Part shown: piece after piece, positions 59,793-64,000 of the stretch
Layout: the number at the start of each line of letters is the position of its first letter
Numbering within the stretch: position 1 is the first letter of the stretch
Assembly: GCA_016191145.1 (NCBI GenBank)
Contig: JACPPD010000007.1
Span: 91,158-155,157, forward strand
Direction: 5' to 3'
Source: Ignavibacteria bacterium
Lineage (GTDB): Bacteria; Bacteroidota; Ignavibacteria; Kapaibacteriales; Kapaibacteriaceae
DNA: 64,000 nucleotides
Made by a program: the position numbers and the translations under genes
Notes under the pieces: model-generated
Databases searched by the model: none
What the model was told of the DNA's origin: nothing
The model's input: the letters and a program-made list of their open reading frames with translations, nothing else

Positions 59793-60197
59793 ATGATGAG
59801 TTCGGACAATGCAGTCGATCGAGAACATCCCGGGAAAAAACAGCTCACAGAAAAAGTTCGGGTGTTGCATCCCGGTACTCACGAACACCACATCTTTCTC
59901 TGTGCCGATCAAACCGAGCCTAAATGTTGTTCAAGAGAGGTCGGACTTGCATCGTGGGAGTATCTTAAACAGGAGCTGAGAAAACGCGAACTCGATGTTC
60001 CAGGCAAGGTGTATAGAACAAAAGCGAATTGTCTTCGCATGTGTGCAATGGGTCCGATTGCAGTGGTTCACCCCGATAACGTTTGGTATCACTCTTGTAC
60101 TCCAAAGGTTTTGGATAGAATTATAGAAGAGCATTTAGTTAATGGCAAGCCAGTGGAAGAATATAGGATTCGTGCCGAGACTGAAGGTAATCCATAA
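59793..60197 (+). CDS. thioredoxin-like [2Fe-2S] ferredoxin-family protein
   Basis: 134 aa with a four-Cys pattern in thioredoxin-like spacing (HIFLC...CC...x...[20 protein letters not shown]). Confidence 0.45.
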   Translation: MMSSDNAVDREHPGKKQLTEKVRVLHPGTHEHHIFLCADQTEPKCCSREVGLASWEYLKQELRKRELDVPGKVYRTKANCLRMCAMGPIAVVHPDNVWYHSCTPKVLDRIIEEHLVNGKPVEEYRIRAETEGNP

Positions 60198-60236
60198 GGA
60201 CATCGATTAGCCATCGTCTTACCAAGGTTTCAAACT

Positions 60237-60878
60237 TCACACAAGATTCTCAACCACGTATAGCCATAGCGCAATGCCTGCAAGCCCGAGCGGGACTATG
60301 ACTCCTGTCCAGGATGCAATTGTTTTAATTCTTGCTATGTTCTGTCGTGGTATAAACCTGAATGAAAAGAGAGAACTTCTGATTCCATGCCTTAGATGCG
60401 ATGCAAGAGCTAGCATGGACAGTGTATAGAACGCAGTATAGGGGAGTGAGGCAAATGCAGAATGAGCTTCGGTATACAGATCAAACCCCTTTGTTTCAAG
60501 AATCCTGTTTGGGATGAAAAATCGCAGAAGGTGAATGATAAGAAAAATTAAGATGACAACGCCAGTATAGCCGACAAAACGTGTCGAAAAGTATTTAGGC
60601 TTGGGAAGGTTTGGGTTCCGGCGCTGAATTTGCCTGTGATGCAGGCGCATCACTAAACCAACAACGATATGCGTGATGAACAACGCGAACAAAGCCCCCT
60701 CCAATACCCTTACGAAAATCGATGTGCCAAGAGAGGCGGTGTACCAACGGTATGGTTCTGGATTGCTCAGCAATAAAAGAGCGTTGCCAATCAGGTGTTC
60801 AACAAGGAAGAGCAGCAAGAGTGCTCCAGTGAGCGCTTCCAAATTTTTCCGCCCAAGTGGAGTTCTCAGAGAAATCAT
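60237..60878 (-). CDS. five-TM cytochrome b-like membrane protein (SdhC/b558-like), putative
   Basis: 213 aa with five TM helices and conserved His in TM helices (EHLIGN, THIVVG, SHLRHG), as in the dihaem succinate dehydrogenase cytochrome b558. No sdhA/sdhB genes lie adjacent, so the call is weak. Confidence 0.35.
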   Translation of the reverse strand: MISLRTPLGRKNLEALTGALLLLFLVEHLIGNALLLLSNPEPYRWYTASLGTSIFVRVLEGALFALFITHIVVGLVMRLHHRQIQRRNPNLPKPKYFSTRFVGYTGVVILIFLIIHLLRFFIPNRILETKGFDLYTEAHSAFASLPYTAFYTLSMLALASHLRHGIRSSLFSFRFIPRQNIARIKTIASWTGVIVPLGLAGIALWLYVVENLV

Positions 60879-60889
60879 AGAGCTGAATG

Positions 60890-62218
60890 CTACGCTGTTG
60901 CTTGTTTAGGCAGTACGCGGCGCAGAAAAAGTAGACCGAAAATTGATGAGAGCAGCGACCCCGTGATGATGCCAAGCTTTGATATGTTTAGGTCTGCAGG
61001 AGCAACAAAGGCCAGGTTGGCGACGAACAAAGCCATGGTAAATCCAATGCCGCAGATAATGCTGACGCCATAGATCTGAAGAAGCGAAACATTTTTTGGA
61101 AGTACGGCTAGCTTGAGTCTGACCAAGCCCCATACCGCTGCAGTAATACCAACCTGTTTGCCGATGAATAAACCAAATACAATTCCCAAACCAACAGGGG
61201 TATAGAGTTTACTCAGGGATGATGTATCGATTACGACGCCAGCGTTCACAAGTGCAAACACCGGAATGATTGCAAACGACACCCACCCCTGCAATGCGTG
61301 CTCTATCCGGTGCAATGGCGATTGAACTGCCTCGCACATTTCTTCGAGAGCGTGCACATTGTCCATCTGAATTCCTTCCTCTTCATCATTCACAACCTTG
61401 TGCCGAATCTTCCTTATGATGTCGGCAGCGCGTTCGGAAAATCCCACTGAATCAATTTTCGCATCAGCCGGAATCGTTAGCGCCAAAACAACACCTGCAA
61501 TTGTTGGGTGTATCCCTGAAAATAAAATCAAAACCCATAGTGCGACGCCAAAAATTGCATAGTACATCACGGACTTTATTCCAATACGGTTCCCACCGTA
61601 GAGTATGCAGGTGACGATTCCTGCTGCAAGCAATACAGACAGGTTGAGTTCTGAACTGTAAAACAATGCGATAACCAATACTGCAAGTAAGTCGTCGGCT
61701 ATTGCAAGCGCAGCAAGAAAGACCTTTAAACCGATGGGAACACGGGGTCCAAGGAGTGCAAGAACACCCAGGGCAAACGCAATGTCGGTTGCAACGGGAA
61801 TCCCCCATCCCCTGATTGCCGGTGTGCCCGCGTTAAACGCAGCATAGATTGTGCCTGGGCCAATCATGCCGAAAACAGCGGCAATTAACGGAAGGATTGC
61901 ACGCTTTGTTGTTGATAATTCACCAACAAGAATTTCTCGCTTAATCTCTAAACCAACAACCAGAAAGAACAAAACCATCAGCCCATCGTTAACGAATCGT
62001 TCGAATGGGAAATAAAGCTGAAACCATGATAGGGTAACTGAGATCGGCTGATGAAGTAATTGATGGTAACTCTCCTGAAATGGAGAGTTACTCCAGATTA
62101 GGGCAATGGCCGTTGAAACCAGGATGACGATGCCTCCGGACGTCGACCTTTTGAAAAACTCCTGGAATGAAGTTTCGATTACAGAACGAATCTGCTTTAG
62201 GTTGGTTTTGATCATCAC
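60890..62218 (-). CDS. nhaA: Na+/H+ antiporter NhaA
   Basis: 442 aa with 12 TM helices and the NhaA-family conserved Asp pair region (LAALAIADDLLAVLVIA). Confidence 0.85.
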   Translation of the reverse strand: MMIKTNLKQIRSVIETSFQEFFKRSTSGGIVILVSTAIALIWSNSPFQESYHQLLHQPISVTLSWFQLYFPFERFVNDGLMVLFFLVVGLEIKREILVGELSTTKRAILPLIAAVFGMIGPGTIYAAFNAGTPAIRGWGIPVATDIAFALGVLALLGPRVPIGLKVFLAALAIADDLLAVLVIALFYSSELNLSVLLAAGIVTCILYGGNRIGIKSVMYYAIFGVALWVLILFSGIHPTIAGVVLALTIPADAKIDSVGFSERAADIIRKIRHKVVNDEEEGIQMDNVHALEEMCEAVQSPLHRIEHALQGWVSFAIIPVFALVNAGVVIDTSSLSKLYTPVGLGIVFGLFIGKQVGITAAVWGLVRLKLAVLPKNVSLLQIYGVSIICGIGFTMALFVANLAFVAPADLNISKLGIITGSLLSSIFGLLFLRRVLPKQATA

Positions 62219-63087
62219 TGATTTAACAAGCTTTCACAATAAGCCCTATACGACGAAATTGGCAGCGTGGCGATGGATTTTACATATTGCTCGCGCGTTA
62301 ATAAGCCCGTTCGCAGTGCAACCTCCTCGAGACAGGCAATCTTTAAACCCTGACGCTTTTCTATGGCGTGAATAAATGTGCTGGCATCTAAAAGGCTCTC
62401 GGGCGTACCGGTGTCCAGCCATGCAATGCCCCTTCCGATTTTCACAATATTTAGTTTATCCATTTTTAGGTAAGCGTTATGTATGGCAGTAACTTCCAAT
62501 TCGCCTCTGGCACTTGGCTTTAGGGAGGAGGCAATGCTGCAAACGTCGGAATCGTAAATGTACAGTCCGGGAATGGCAAGCGTTGATTTCGGCTGCAACG
62601 GCTTTTCCTCAATAGAAATCACGCGTCCGGAGTCGTCGACTTCCACAACGCCGTATCGTTGTGGATCGGTTACTGCATAGCCAAAAATCGTTGCTCCGGT
62701 GTTCGCGCGTATTGCATTGCGTAGAAAATCGAGCTTACCATAAAACAAGTTGTCGCCCAGAATCAGAACAACCTGACTGTTTGAAATAAATGTCTGTCCG
62801 AGTATAAACGCTTCGGCAATTCCGCGCGGCTGCTCCTGGACTTCATACGTAAGCGAAATTCCAAATCGAGAGCCATCGCCAAGAAGAGTTTGAAAGGCAG
62901 GTGCATCGTGTGGTGTAGAGATGATTAGTACGTCTTTGATGCCTGCCATCATTAGCGTCGACAAAGGGTAATAGATCATCGGTTTGTCGTACACCGGCTG
63001 CAATTGCTTCGAAAACACTGCAGTCATCGGATGCAGTCGAGTGCCGCTTCCGCCGGCCAGGACAATTCCTTTTGTAGACTTTTGCAT
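62215..63087 (-). CDS. rfbA: glucose-1-phosphate thymidylyltransferase
   Basis: Starts MQKSTKGIVLAGGSGTRLHPMT, the nucleotidyltransferase G-rich loop, with RfbA-wide similarity along the ORF (YVYDSDV.. region, KIACLEE). Confidence 0.9.
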   Translation of the reverse strand: MQKSTKGIVLAGGSGTRLHPMTAVFSKQLQPVYDKPMIYYPLSTLMMAGIKDVLIISTPHDAPAFQTLLGDGSRFGISLTYEVQEQPRGIAEAFILGQTFISNSQVVLILGDNLFYGKLDFLRNAIRANTGATIFGYAVTDPQRYGVVEVDDSGRVISIEEKPLQPKSTLAIPGLYIYDSDVCSIASSLKPSARGELEVTAIHNAYLKMDKLNIVKIGRGIAWLDTGTPESLLDASTFIHAIEKRQGLKIACLEEVALRTGLLTREQYVKSIATLPISSYRAYCESLLNQ

Positions 63088-63137
63088 CTGCCGTTCTGCG
63101 ATTAAAAAAGGGATGCAAGTTACAACCGATGCCTGCG

Positions 63138-63809
63138 TTAATCGGTGTCGGTGTTCACAGCTCGGTGTCGAACCAATTTTGCTCGCACGAGAAAGATTAC
63201 CATCTCGGCAATGTTTGTTGCATGGTCGGCCATTCGCTCAAGATCATGGAGGACAAACAGCAGGTTCGATCCTGCTCGAACAAGCTTGCTGTCTTCTTCC
63301 ATCAATGCGATGAGCTTGGCAGACATCGAATAGTAAATGTCGTCGACGGTTGAATCACTTGGAAGTATATGGTCGGCAAGGTCGGGATCGTTATTGATGA
63401 AGGCATCCAGACTTGCCTTGAGCAAACGAAACATTGAATTGGAAAGATGCTCTATTTCGATTCGCTTGCCGAGTTCAACCGATTCTGGAGAATTAATTAC
63501 GACGCTGGCGATTGCGCCTGCCATATCGCCAATCCGCTCCAGTTCATTATTGATTTTAATAGCGGAAAGCAACAATCGAAGGTCGCTGGCAACGGGTTGG
63601 TTCAATGCGAATATTCGCTGGCAAAGTTTATCAATTTTTAGATCAAGCTTGTCTACCTTGTTATCGCGGTCAATCACAATGGCAGCCAATTCGCGGTTAC
63701 CCTCCTGAAGGGAGCGAAGGGCAAATTCAACCTGCTCTTCTACCAGAGAACCCATGCGGATGAGTCTGGTTCGTAGCTTATCGAGATCTTCTTCAAATGG
63801 TTTTATCAT
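63138..63809 (-). CDS. phoU: phosphate signalling/transport regulator PhoU
   Basis: 223 aa with two PhoU repeats (DxxxD-containing helices: VIDRDNKVDKLDLKID and LHDLERMADHATNIAE). Confidence 0.9.
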   Translation of the reverse strand: MIKPFEEDLDKLRTRLIRMGSLVEEQVEFALRSLQEGNRELAAIVIDRDNKVDKLDLKIDKLCQRIFALNQPVASDLRLLLSAIKINNELERIGDMAGAIASVVINSPESVELGKRIEIEHLSNSMFRLLKASLDAFINNDPDLADHILPSDSTVDDIYYSMSAKLIALMEEDSKLVRAGSNLLFVLHDLERMADHATNIAEMVIFLVRAKLVRHRAVNTDTD

Positions 63810-63848
63810 GACGTAGGGTATGACGACGTGAGAGGGGGTATTTGCATG

Positions 63849-64000
63849 TTAACCAAATCGACCCGTTATGTAATCTTCCGTTTCTTTCACGCTCGGACTT
63901 GTAAATAACGTTCGTGTTCTGTCGAATTCAATCATCCTTCCCAGCAGAAAAAAGCCGGTGTAATCGCTTACGCGCGCAGCCTGCTGCATGTTGTGCGTTA
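63849..64000 (-). CDS. pstB: phosphate ABC transporter ATP-binding protein, C-terminal fragment (truncated by window edge)
   Basis: The reverse-strand translation ends ...[42 protein letters not shown], a typical PstB C-terminus. Sits immediately upstream of phoU. Confidence 0.7.
   Translation of the reverse strand, partial: THNMQQAARVSDYTGFFLLGRMIEFDRTRTLFTSPSVKETEDYITGRFG

Noticed and set aside
59522-59912. Longer ORFs (108 aa and 119 aa) over the hicA region
   Set aside because: Only the C-terminal 65 aa match the HicA pattern. The long forms would collide with the divergent ferredoxin gene start.
1-64000. tRNA, rRNA or mobile-element genes
   Set aside because: Intergenic spacers were scanned for T-loop-like GTTCRA motifs and for transposase or integrase-like ORFs. 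None was found.

Overview
This 64 kb window comes from an FCB-group bacterium, most likely Chlorobi- or Ignavibacteria-like. The assignment rests on GC content near 50% by eye, visible Shine-Dalgarno sites (for example GGAGG before atpE and AAGGAAA before dnaK), and several proteins carrying Por/T9SS C-terminal sorting domains. The flanks are housekeeping genes. The left flank has atpB-E-F-H-A, hldD, atpG, radA, an ECF sigma factor and obg. The right flank has hsp20-dnaK, polA, uppP, two cyclophilins, an OmpA/TolB-like protein, thrS, nhaA, rfbA, phoU and a partial pstB. The centre, about 13.3 to 39.8 kb, reads as an accessory cell-surface island with five proteins that end in a T9SS C-terminal domain (CTD). 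One of them is a roughly 3,460-aa adhesin-like giant built from about 30 tandem Ig-like modules. The island also holds a TonB-dependent receptor, a paaBCD fragment, an OmpR/histidine-kinase pair, and a perfectly phased heptanucleotide microsatellite, (RGGTTCM) x24, sitting between a strong terminator and the next cargo gene. To the right of the island, a membrane protein, a STAND-type AAA_16+TPR NTPase and a secreted BNR/FN3 T9SS protein form an apparent operon. A second, paralogous STAND NTPase is transcribed divergently from hsp20-dnaK across an intergenic region that contains an 11-bp-arm palindrome. Other points of interest are an in-frame UppP-cyclophilin fusion with an embedded lipobox, an aquaporin-arsC pair, a hicAB toxin-antitoxin pair and a three-gene operon of unknown function. 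No tRNA or rRNA gene, CRISPR array, transposase or integrase was recognised.
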